Shown here piece by piece: positions 7,924-15,473 of a stretch of DNA of 32,000 bases (position 1 is the first letter of the stretch; each line of letters starts with the position of its first letter). The position numbers were made by a program, and so were the translations under genes. The stretch is taken from positions 480,001 to 512,000 of the forward strand of contig CP066689.1 in NCBI GenBank assembly GCA_016432445.1, in the 5' to 3' direction. Source of the stretch: Candidatus Saccharimonadota bacterium. Lineage in GTDB: Bacteria > Patescibacteriota > Microgenomatia > UBA1406 > GWC2-37-13. A model generated the notes under the pieces. That model saw only the letters and a program-made list of their open reading frames with translations, did no database searches and was not told the origin of the DNA.

Positions 7924-8646
7924 ATGAAAACTAATACAATTCTTTCGCTTAAAAATTTTTCAGTCAGCGTAGAAAAAAAGAAGATTATTAAGGATATAAA
8001 TTTTGAGTTTGAAAAAGGAAAGATTTATGCCCTTATGGGGCCTAACGGTTCGGGAAAATCTACCTTTGCTTACTCAATTACCGGACATCCTGCTTACTCT
8101 GTTGAAAAAGGCTCAGAAGCTGTTTTTGAGGGTGAAGATATCGTTAATCTGTCAGTGGATAAGCGGTCAGTGAAGGGAATATTTTTATCTTTTCAAAATC
8201 CTCTATCAATCTTGGGAGTCAAACTTCGTCAATTTCTTTATTTTGCTCTTCAAGGTAAAAAAGATCCATTGACAATCAGTCAAGAAATAAAAAAATACGC
8301 TAAAGATTTAAAGATTTCAGATGATTTATTAAATCGTTCGCTAAATGAAGGCGCCTCTGGTGGAGAAAAGAAAAAGCTGGAGGTTTTGCAAGCGGCAGTA
8401 TTGGATAAAAAACTGATTATTTTTGATGAGGTGGATACAGGGGTAGATGTTGATGCGTTAAAAACTATTGCTCAATTTTTGCGCAAAAACAAAACCGATA
8501 AAACTTACATCATTATTACTCACTACAACCGGATTTTAAAATATCTTAAGCCAGATCACGTGATTGTTCTTAATCAAGGTGTTATAAAAAAAGTTGGAGA
8601 TCATACGTTAGCATACGACATTGAAAAAAATGGTTATGGCAAATAA
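7924..8646 (+). CDS. sufC: Fe-S cluster assembly ATPase SufC
   Basis: Walker A is GPNGSGKST, the signature is ASGGEKKK and Walker B is LIIFDEVDTGVD. It lies next to sufB. Confidence 0.93.
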   Translation: MKTNTILSLKNFSVSVEKKKIIKDINFEFEKGKIYALMGPNGSGKSTFAYSITGHPAYSVEKGSEAVFEGEDIVNLSVDKRSVKGIFLSFQNPLSILGVKLRQFLYFALQGKKDPLTISQEIKKYAKDLKISDDLLNRSLNEGASGGEKKKLEVLQAAVLDKKLIIFDEVDTGVDVDALKTIAQFLRKNKTDKTYIIITHYNRILKYLKPDHVIVLNQGVIKKVGDHTLAYDIEKNGYGK

Positions 8647-10036
8647 ACAGACTAACATAAATTTTGAAAATAAATATGGTTTCTCCATGCCGGAAAATTA
8701 TGCGCTCAAACCTGAAAAAGGTATTAGCCAGTCTGTGGTAGTCAATATTTCCCAATTGAAAAACGAACCTGAGTGGATGAAAGAGTTTAGGCTCAAAGCC
8801 TATGAAATTTTTCTTCAAAAGTCAATGCCAAAGTGGGGGCCGGATTTATCCAAAATCAATTTTGATGATATCTACTATTACATAAAACCTACAAAAGACA
8901 GAGCTAAAAGCTGGGAAGAGTTACCGGCAGAAATCAAAGAAACTTACGACCGTATTGGTATGCCTGAAGCTGAAAAGAAATACCTATCCGGTGTAAGCGC
9001 TCAGTATGAGAGCGAGGTAGTTTATGAAAGCATTAATCGTGAACTTAGCAAGAAAGGTGTAATTTTTTGTGACATGGATACAGCAGTTAAAAAATATCCG
9101 GAAATCGTTAAAGAATACTTTGGTAAATTAATTCCACCTCATGATAATAAGTTTGCCGCTTTAAACTCAGCAGTTTGGTCAGGTGGTTCATTTGTTTATG
9201 TTCCAAAAGGGGTCAAGGTTGATCTGCCCATGCAGGCCTATTTTAGAATTAACGCCGAAAAATTCGGGCAATTTGAAAGGACACTTATTATTGCAGAAGA
9301 AGGCAGTAGTTTTCATTATGTTGAAGGATGTACTGCGCCAGTTTACACGACTGATTCTCTTCATGCGGCAGTAGTTGAAATTTTTGTTAAAAAAGGGGCC
9401 AGAGTTCGGTATACTACCGTTCAAAACTGGAGTAAAAATGTTTTTAATTTAGTAACTAAGAGAGCAAGAGCTGAGGAAAACGCTCTCATTGAATGGGTAG
9501 ACTGCAATATCGGTAGTCAAATTACGATGAAATATCCCTGCGTTTATCTTATGGGAGAAGGCGCCCGAGGAGAAATGCTCTCTGTTTCGTTTGCCGGAGC
9601 TGGTCAAGCGCAGGATACTGGCGCCAAAATGATTCATTTTGCCTCTAATACTTCCTCGCGGATTATAGCCAAATCAATTTCTAAAAATGGAGGGAGGGCA
9701 TCATATCGTGGTTTAGTGCAGGTGATGAAAGGCGCCAAGAACTCTTCAGTTCATTCATCCTGTGATGCCTTAATTATCGATGAAGATTCCCGCTCTGATA
9801 CTTATCCTAGCTTAAGAAGTCAAGAAAATAATACTCAGATTGAGCATGAGGCAAAAGTTGAAAGATTATCCGACGATAAACTTTTTTATTTGACTTCACG
9901 TGGAATTAAAAAGTCTGATGCTGAGGGATTATTAGTTAATGGATTTATTGATCCGGTTTCAAAAGAAATTCCCCTTGAGTACTCAATAGAGTTAAACAGA
10001 TTAATTAATTTGGAGATGAGCGGAAGCGTCGGTTAA
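8621..10036 (+). CDS. sufB: Fe-S cluster assembly scaffold SufB
   Basis: This is a typical SufB sequence over its full length (AVWSGGSFVYVPKGV, VEGCTAP, NWSKNVFNLVTKRA, GRASYRGLV and others). The track start at 8621 is TTG. ATG 8630 or 8636, overlapping the sufC stop, are equally plausible. Confidence 0.93.
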   Translation: MKKMVMANKQTNINFENKYGFSMPENYALKPEKGISQSVVVNISQLKNEPEWMKEFRLKAYEIFLQKSMPKWGPDLSKINFDDIYYYIKPTKDRAKSWEELPAEIKETYDRIGMPEAEKKYLSGVSAQYESEVVYESINRELSKKGVIFCDMDTAVKKYPEIVKEYFGKLIPPHDNKFAALNSAVWSGGSFVYVPKGVKVDLPMQAYFRINAEKFGQFERTLIIAEEGSSFHYVEGCTAPVYTTDSLHAAVVEIFVKKGARVRYTTVQNWSKNVFNLVTKRARAEENALIEWVDCNIGSQITMKYPCVYLMGEGARGEMLSVSFAGAGQAQDTGAKMIHFASNTSSRIIAKSISKNGGRASYRGLVQVMKGAKNSSVHSSCDALIIDEDSRSDTYPSLRSQENNTQIEHEAKVERLSDDKLFYLTSRGIKKSDAEGLLVNGFIDPVSKEIPLEYSIELNRLINLEMSGSVG

Positions 10037-10076
10037 ATGTCAAATTTCAAATGTCAAATCAATATCTAAAATCTAA
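10035..10076. repeat. 7-nt-phased repeat array spanning the sufB stop and the sufD start
   Basis: The units are aaatgtc aaatttc aaatgtc aaatcaa tatctaa aatctaa. The sufD ATG (10051) lies inside one unit. Confidence 0.75.
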
Positions 10077-10671
10077 AAAATTTATAAATCTAAACAAAAC
10101 TAGATTAGAGAACCTTGTTTTTGATAAGGCCGGTGAGTATGTGATTTTTTTTCATAACCTTTCCGGAAAATTTAATTTTGAGATAAGATCAAGCGGAGTT
10201 GATGTGAATATATTTGGATTATTTACCGGTAAAAATAATGATGAGTTTAAAGTTGAGACAGTTCAGCATCATTTATTTCCAGACTCATCATCTAATCTTT
10301 TAATAAAGGGCGTGTTTGAGGATGAGTCAAAGTTAGGTTATCATGGATTAATAAAGATTGAAAAAGAGGGAAAAGGCAGTCATGCCTATCAAAAAAATCA
10401 AAACCTTATTTTATCGCCTCAAGCTTTCGTTGAGTCCAAGCCCTATTTAGAAATTATGGCGAATGATGTTTATTGCACTCATGGATCAACAATTGGGCGG
10501 TTGAATAAGGATGAGATTATTTATCTTCAAAGCCGGGGGATTGATCAAAAATCAGCTGAAAAATTATTAGTTGAAGGGTTTATAGATGAGTTATTTGATA
10601 AGATAAAGATAAAATTCCCCGCCCTTCGGGCACCCCTTTTACAAAAAGGGGAAAAATTCTCCTCTTTCTAA
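10051..10671 (+). CDS. sufD: Short SufD-like protein (SufBD C-terminal beta-helix region only)
   Basis: It sits between sufB and sufS. The blocks AYQKNQNLILS..A.V.SKPYLEI.ANDV.CTHG.TIG.L and YLQSRGI....AEKLLVEGF parallel the SufB C-terminus in this window. At 206 aa it is unusually short, and the last 16 aa are encoded by a hairpin repeat. Confidence 0.75.
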   Translation: MSNQYLKSKKFINLNKTRLENLVFDKAGEYVIFFHNLSGKFNFEIRSSGVDVNIFGLFTGKNNDEFKVETVQHHLFPDSSSNLLIKGVFEDESKLGYHGLIKIEKEGKGSHAYQKNQNLILSPQAFVESKPYLEIMANDVYCTHGSTIGRLNKDEIIYLQSRGIDQKSAEKLLVEGFIDELFDKIKIKFPALRAPLLQKGEKFSSF

Positions 10672-10677
10672 GAGGAG
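10621..10677. repeat. Cluster of three GC-rich short hairpin modules
   Basis: The modules are gccc-ttc-gggc (10621-10631), cccctttt-aca-aaaagggg (10633-10651) and ctcctct-ttcta-agaggag (10659-10677). The same module types recur at 30891-30982. Confidence 0.8.
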
Positions 10678-10716
10678 TACCTGAACGTAGTGAAGGGGAG
10701 GAATTTTAAAATCATT

Positions 10717-11943
10717 ATGATAAACGTTAATCAAATAAAAAAGGATTTTCCGATTTTTCAACATGATCCCAGTTTGGTTTATCTGGATTCTTGCGCTACA
10801 TCTCTAAAGCCAAAGCAGGTGATTGATAAAATCGTTGAGTATTATTCACAGTACTGCGCTAATATAATGCGGGGGATCTACAAGATATCAGAAAAAGCTA
10901 CGGAAGAATATGAAGATACGAGAAAAGTAGTTGCAGAATTTATTAATGCCTATAAGCCTGAAGAGATTATTTTTACTCGAAATACTACCGAGTCAATTAA
11001 TCTAGTGGCTTATGCTTTGGGTAGACAGATTATTGACTCTGACAGTGAAGTAATTACTTCTATTATGGAACATCACTCCAACTTTATTCCCTGGCAGCAG
11101 CTGGCTTTTGAGAATGCCGCACTTTTGAAAGTTATTGATGTTGATGAAGAAGGCTGCTTAAAAAATATGGATAGGCTTGAACAAATAGTCACTAAAAAAA
11201 CAAAAATTCTGGCTTTAACTTACGTTTCCAATGTTTTTGGGACAATTAATCCAATTAAAGAAATAGTAAGAAAAGCAAAAAAAATAAATCCTCAAATAAT
11301 TACAGTGATTGATGCGGCTCAGGCAGTTCCTCATTTTAAAGTTGATGTTCAAAATTTAGGGTGTGATTTTTTGGCCTTTTCTTCACATAAGATGTTTGGT
11401 CCAACCGGAGTAGGCGTGCTTTGGGGCAGATATGATTTACTTGAGAAGATGTATCCTTTCCAGTACGGCGGTGAGATGATTGAAGAAGTAACTTTGGAAA
11501 AAAGCGTTTTTCAAAAACCACCTCATAAATATGAAGCAGGAACTCCTAATATTGCTGATGTAATCGCTTTTAAAGAAGCAATCTTTTATCTAAAACAAAT
11601 AGGCGCTGACAATGTTAGAACTCATGAAAAAAATTTAACATATTATGCCTTAAAAAGATTAAATGAAGAACTGCTGGGAAAAATAAAGATATTTGGTCCA
11701 AGAAAAGCGGATGACAGAGTAGGCGTTATAAGTTTTTCAGTAAGTGGAGTTCACCCGCATGATATTGCTCAGTTTCTTGATGAAAAAAATATTGCTATTC
11801 GTGCCGGTTATCATTGCGCAATGCCGCTTCATTTTTTTCTAAATGAAGGGGCAACAGCCAGAGTCAGTTTTCAGGTGTACAATAGTGAGGAAGACGTTGA
11901 TAAGTTAGTTGAGGAATTGAAAGAAGCGATAAGAACCTTTTAA
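10717..11943 (+). CDS. sufS: Cysteine desulfurase SufS (class V aminotransferase)
   Basis: The PLP lysine block is SSHKMFGPTGVG and the catalytic Cys block is RAGYHCAMPL. It lies in suf context. The start is placed at ATG 10717; the track start GTG 10690 lies in the hairpin element. Confidence 0.92.
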   Translation: MINVNQIKKDFPIFQHDPSLVYLDSCATSLKPKQVIDKIVEYYSQYCANIMRGIYKISEKATEEYEDTRKVVAEFINAYKPEEIIFTRNTTESINLVAYALGRQIIDSDSEVITSIMEHHSNFIPWQQLAFENAALLKVIDVDEEGCLKNMDRLEQIVTKKTKILALTYVSNVFGTINPIKEIVRKAKKINPQIITVIDAAQAVPHFKVDVQNLGCDFLAFSSHKMFGPTGVGVLWGRYDLLEKMYPFQYGGEMIEEVTLEKSVFQKPPHKYEAGTPNIADVIAFKEAIFYLKQIGADNVRTHEKNLTYYALKRLNEELLGKIKIFGPRKADDRVGVISFSVSGVHPHDIAQFLDEKNIAIRAGYHCAMPLHFFLNEGATARVSFQVYNSEEDVDKLVEELKEAIRTF

Positions 11944-11947
11944 TATG

Positions 11948-12017
11948 AAATCCAAATATCAAAATCCCAATGTCAAAAAAATTCATTTGGCATTTGATAT
12001 TTGAAATTTAGATTTTT
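11948..12017. repeat. 7-nt-phased inverted repeat array in the sufS-sufU spacer
   Basis: The units are aaatcca aatatca aaatccc aatgtca aaaaaat tcatttg gcatttg atatttg aaattta gattttt. The left and right halves are near reverse complements. It belongs to the same caaatgtcaaa family as 513-575. Confidence 0.8.
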
Positions 12018-12020
12018 ATT

Positions 12021-12398
12021 ATGTCAATGTATCAAGATATTATCTTAGACCATTATCGAAATCCAAGGAATTTTGGGAAGCTTGAAAAAGCCGATCATAC
12101 GGTTTCTGTATCCAATCCTCTTTGCGGTGACAAGATCTCAATGGAGATAATTGAGGAAGGAGACATTATTCATAACATTGCTTTTTCTGGAGAAGGCTGT
12201 GCTATATCAAAGGCAGCTGCCTCAATGCTTACAGAATATGTAAAAGGAAAATCAAAAGATGAGTTGCGAAAATTGGATAAAAGTTTTATCATGGAAATGT
12301 TAGGATTGGAACTTAGTCCAAATAGGATTAAATGCGCGCTTCTCTCATGGGAAGCGCTTATTAAAATTTTAAGTTCAACGCCGCTCACAGCGGGGTAA
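12021..12398 (+). CDS. sufU: SufU/IscU-type Fe-S cluster scaffold or sulfur-transfer protein
   Basis: Present are NPLCGD, GEGCAIS and RIKCALL (three conserved Cys). It lies downstream of sufS. Confidence 0.88.
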   Translation: MSMYQDIILDHYRNPRNFGKLEKADHTVSVSNPLCGDKISMEIIEEGDIIHNIAFSGEGCAISKAAASMLTEYVKGKSKDELRKLDKSFIMEMLGLELSPNRIKCALLSWEALIKILSSTPLTAG

Positions 12399-12403
12399 AA
12401 TAA

Positions 12404-12673
12404 ATGAGTCAACTTAAAGATTCTCAAAATCCTTCAGGCCCAGTTGTCATTGGCAAATTAAAAGTGACAGTAGACAGAAATATCTGTATAGGAGCCAGCA
12501 CCTGCGTGGCCATTGCTTCCAAAACTTTTGAACTTGATACTGAGGCTAAAGCCGTAATTTTAAACTCTGCAGGACAAGACCCCGAAGAAATAGTTTTAAA
12601 TGCAGCTAAAGTATGTCCTGTAGCGGCCATTACTATTGAGAATGAAAAAGGAGAGAAAGTTTACCCAAAATAA
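12404..12673 (+). CDS. Small single-cluster ferredoxin
   Basis: The pattern VDRNICIGASTCVAIASKTFELD ... CPVAAITIE is the C-x5-C ... CP arrangement of small mono-cluster ferredoxins. Confidence 0.75.
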   Translation: MSQLKDSQNPSGPVVIGKLKVTVDRNICIGASTCVAIASKTFELDTEAKAVILNSAGQDPEEIVLNAAKVCPVAAITIENEKGEKVYPK

Positions 12674-12682
12674 TAATTAATA

Positions 12683-12738
12683 GTTCTGGGTTTTGAGTTT
12701 TGAGCCCATAACCCATAACTCACAACTCATAACTAATT
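12683..12738. repeat. 7-nt-phased inverted repeat array in the ferredoxin-korA spacer
   Basis: The units are gttctgg gttttga gttttga gcccata acccata actcaca actcata actaatt. The array ends exactly at the korA ATG. The left units are largely complementary to actcaca/actcata. Confidence 0.8.
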
Positions 12739-14460
12739 ATGACTAAATTCTTGTGGAAGATTGGCGGGGAAGCCGGTTTTGGAATAATGACATCAGGTGT
12801 AACTTTTGCTAAAATAGCAACGAGGTCAGGCTATCACATCTTCGATTATGCCGAGTATCCTTCTTTAGTCCGCGGTGGACATAACACTTATGAAGTTTTG
12901 TTTTCTGAAGAGGAGGTTTTTGCTACTCAAAAAAAGATAGATCTTCTCATTTGTTTAAACCAAACGACTTATGATTTTCATAAATCACGATTAGACTCTA
13001 ATTCTTTGGTAGTTTATGACAACGGGATGTTTGAAATAAATGATAATATTGTCAAAGTCCATCTGCCTTTTAAATCCATTCTTCAAGAACTTAATGGACA
13101 GCAAGTAATGATGAATACTATAGTACTTGGCGCGACAATGGCGCTACTTGAGGGAGACATTAATCTTCTTTATTCTATGATTGAAGAACAGTTTCAAAGG
13201 AAAGGAAAAGAGGTTGTTGATTATAACAAACAGTTTGCTCAAAAAGGTTATGAGTATATAAAAAATAATCACCCGGATAAGATAAAATCAATACTTATAA
13301 AAAAAGATGAAAAAGAAAAATTGGTAATGACCGGGAATGAGTCTTTTTCCCTAGGAACAGTAACAGCTGACTGCAGACTTTATGCAGCCTACCCCATGAC
13401 TCCTGCTTCATCAATTTTGACAGTGCTGGCTCAGTGGCAAAATCAGACAGGCATGATTGTTCGGCATGCAGAAGATGAAATTGCTGTTATTAATACAGCC
13501 TTGGGTTCTTCACAATCGGGCGCAAGATCAGCAGTAGGTACATCAGGCGGAGGATTTGCTTTGATGACTGAGACGATATCTTTTAGCGGTACAGCTGAAT
13601 TGCCATTAGTAATATTTTTGGGTCAAAGACCAGGTCCAGCAACAGGTATGCCTACCTGGACGGAACAGGGAGATCTTCTTTTTGCTTGTTACAGCGGACA
13701 TGGAGAGTTTCCAAAAATTGTTTTAGCTCCAGGTGATATTGATGAGATGTTAAAACTAACAGTTAAAGCTTTTGATTTAGCTGATATATACCAAGTGCCT
13801 GTAATTATTCTTGCAGATAAACTGCTTTGTGAATCCCACAAAAGCCTTGATAAAGAACAAGCGATGTCATTTATGACAAATTATCAGCCTAACCGAGGGA
13901 AAACAGTTTGCTCCCCAACGGATAAACCGTATTTAAGATATAAACTTAGTGATGATGGGATATCAGAGAGGTTAATTCCTGGGGTTCAAGGCTCATTTTA
14001 CCAATCAAACTCTTATGAACATATAGAAGACGGACACACAACTGAGCAAAGCAAACCGCGGTTTGAGCAGGTCAATAAAAGAGGGAAAAAAATTAATACT
14101 TATTTAACTAAGGACTTTGATCTGCCTGCAGTTTATGGAGATGTAGAAAATGCTAATATTGTTTTTGTCTCTTGGGGTTCAAATAAGGGAGCAATTTTAG
14201 AGGCACAAAAAATTTTATATGCTCAAGGAACAAAATCGGCTTTTATTCATTTCACTCATGTTTACCCCATTGATAGTAACAAAGTTAATGGTTTGTTTAG
14301 CAAAGACAAAAGATATATTTTAATTGAGAATAACTCTCAGGCACAGTTTGGTCAGTTGTTACGAATGCAAACAGGAGTTGAGATTAAAGAAAAGTTTTTG
14401 AAATATGACGGAAGACCGGTATGGGTAGAAGAGATTGTAGATTATATTAAAAAACATTAA
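12739..14460 (+). CDS. korA: 2-oxoacid:ferredoxin oxidoreductase, fused gamma-alpha subunit
   Basis: The N-terminal gamma-type domain is GGEAGFGIMTSG..YPSLVRGG. It is followed by the alpha domain (YAAYPMTPAS, EDEIAV.NTALG, GGGFALM). It is paired with a TPP-binding beta subunit. Confidence 0.85.
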   Translation: MTKFLWKIGGEAGFGIMTSGVTFAKIATRSGYHIFDYAEYPSLVRGGHNTYEVLFSEEEVFATQKKIDLLICLNQTTYDFHKSRLDSNSLVVYDNGMFEINDNIVKVHLPFKSILQELNGQQVMMNTIVLGATMALLEGDINLLYSMIEEQFQRKGKEVVDYNKQFAQKGYEYIKNNHPDKIKSILIKKDEKEKLVMTGNESFSLGTVTADCRLYAAYPMTPASSILTVLAQWQNQTGMIVRHAEDEIAVINTALGSSQSGARSAVGTSGGGFALMTETISFSGTAELPLVIFLGQRPGPATGMPTWTEQGDLLFACYSGHGEFPKIVLAPGDIDEMLKLTVKAFDLADIYQVPVIILADKLLCESHKSLDKEQAMSFMTNYQPNRGKTVCSPTDKPYLRYKLSDDGISERLIPGVQGSFYQSNSYEHIEDGHTTEQSKPRFEQVNKRGKKINTYLTKDFDLPAVYGDVENANIVFVSWGSNKGAILEAQKILYAQGTKSAFIHFTHVYPIDSNKVNGLFSKDKRYILIENNSQAQFGQLLRMQTGVEIKEKFLKYDGRPVWVEEIVDYIKKH

Positions 14461-14463
14461 ATC

Positions 14464-14519
14464 GATTCACGATTCATGATATAAGATTCATGAATCATAA
14501 ATCGTAAATCTTGAATCAA
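14464..14519. repeat. 7-nt-phased inverted repeat array in the korA-korB spacer
   Basis: The units are gattcac gattcat gatataa gattcat gaatcat aaatcgt aaatctt gaatcaa. The outer units are complementary at 15 of 17 positions. Confidence 0.8.
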
Positions 14520-14523
14520 TATT

Positions 14524-15366
14524 ATGGATGATTTTAATGCTTATGCGCCGACATGGTGTCCGGGTTGCGGTGATTGGGCGATAGGAGTAGCTTTAAAACA
14601 AGCGCTGACAGGCTTAGGTTACAGTCCATCATCTGTGAATATGGTTTTTGATATTGGCTGTTCGGGCAATATGAATGATTTCATAAATGCCTATGCTGTT
14701 CATGGTCTTCATGGCCGGTCAATCCCGGTCGCTATCGGGATGAAATTAGCCAATCACAAAATGCCGGTTTTAGTTGTTGGCGGAGATGGTGGTATTTACG
14801 GTGAGGGAGGTAATCATTTTATACATGCCTGCCGCGGCAATCATGATATTACTGTTATTGTTCATGATAATGAAGTTTATGGTTTAACCACCGGACAAGC
14901 CGCACCGACTTCATCCAAAGGCATGAAAACCAAGTCAACACCGACAGGTTTAATAGAGTCGTCTCTTAATCCATTGGCTATTGCCATTACTCAAGGAGCA
15001 ACTTACGTTGCCAATACGTTTACCGGTGACATTAAAGGAGTTGTGGAGATCATAAAGCAGGGAATAAGCCATAAAGGTTTTTCTTTAATTAATATCCTTC
15101 AGCCTTGTATTTCCTTTAATAAATTCAATACATATCAGTATTTCAATGAGCACTCTTATAAATTGGATGAAAAGCATAACAAAGCAGACTTTAACAGTGC
15201 TTTGATTAAGGCTATGGAGATGAGCACTGAAAAATATCCACTGGGAGTTCTTTACCAAGTCGAGAAACCAGCTTATCATGAACAGCTTACCCAGCTTGTT
15301 GCAGGCGCCTTGATAGAAAACAAACGATATGAAAATTTTGGCGGTTTAATAAAAGAGTTTTTTTAA
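14524..15366 (+). CDS. korB: 2-oxoacid:ferredoxin oxidoreductase, beta (TPP-binding) subunit
   Basis: Present are WCPGCGD, DIGCSG and the TPP motif GGDGG.YGEGGNH. Confidence 0.9.
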   Translation: MDDFNAYAPTWCPGCGDWAIGVALKQALTGLGYSPSSVNMVFDIGCSGNMNDFINAYAVHGLHGRSIPVAIGMKLANHKMPVLVVGGDGGIYGEGGNHFIHACRGNHDITVIVHDNEVYGLTTGQAAPTSSKGMKTKSTPTGLIESSLNPLAIAITQGATYVANTFTGDIKGVVEIIKQGISHKGFSLINILQPCISFNKFNTYQYFNEHSYKLDEKHNKADFNSALIKAMEMSTEKYPLGVLYQVEKPAYHEQLTQLVAGALIENKRYENFGGLIKEFF

Positions 15367-15434
15367 TTAAAAGTAAATATATTTGAACGAATATTGTAGT
15401 TTGGCACTATTGGACAGGCCATACTCAATAGCTG

Positions 15435-15463
15435 TTGACAGTTAGCAAACTATTTGCTATACT
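15435..15463 (+). promoter_or_regulatory. Near-consensus sigma70-type promoter of lon (TTGACA-N17-TATACT), with a palindrome in the spacer
   Basis: TTGACA is at 15435-15440 and TATACT at 15458-15463, with a spacer of exactly 17 nt. The spacer contains agcaaa-cta-tttgct (15444-15458). Only 10 nt separate the -10 box from ATG 15474. Confidence 0.7.
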
Positions 15464-15473
15464 GCTAATATAT

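Noticed and set aside
10690-10716. The GTG 10690 start for sufS, preceded or overlapped by aaggggagg, looks like an SD.
   Set aside because: The purine-rich run is adjacent to the GC-rich hairpin element and lies 15 nt from ATG 10717 and inside the alternative ORF. Conserved SufS sequence begins near MINVNQIKKDFPIF. The true start remains uncertain.
10035-14519. The short repeat arrays could be CRISPR arrays.
   Set aside because: The units are 7 nt and directly abutting, with no spacers. The arrays are only 40-70 nt long and internally palindromic. No cas genes are present.
15435-15473. The N-terminal extension of Lon ([13 protein letters not shown]..) in the ORF track looks like a signal peptide or TM helix.
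   Set aside because: The TTG 'start' is the first half of a TTGACA -35 box, and a TATACT -10 box lies exactly 17 nt downstream. Lon homology begins right after ATG 15474 (..[14 protein letters not shown]).
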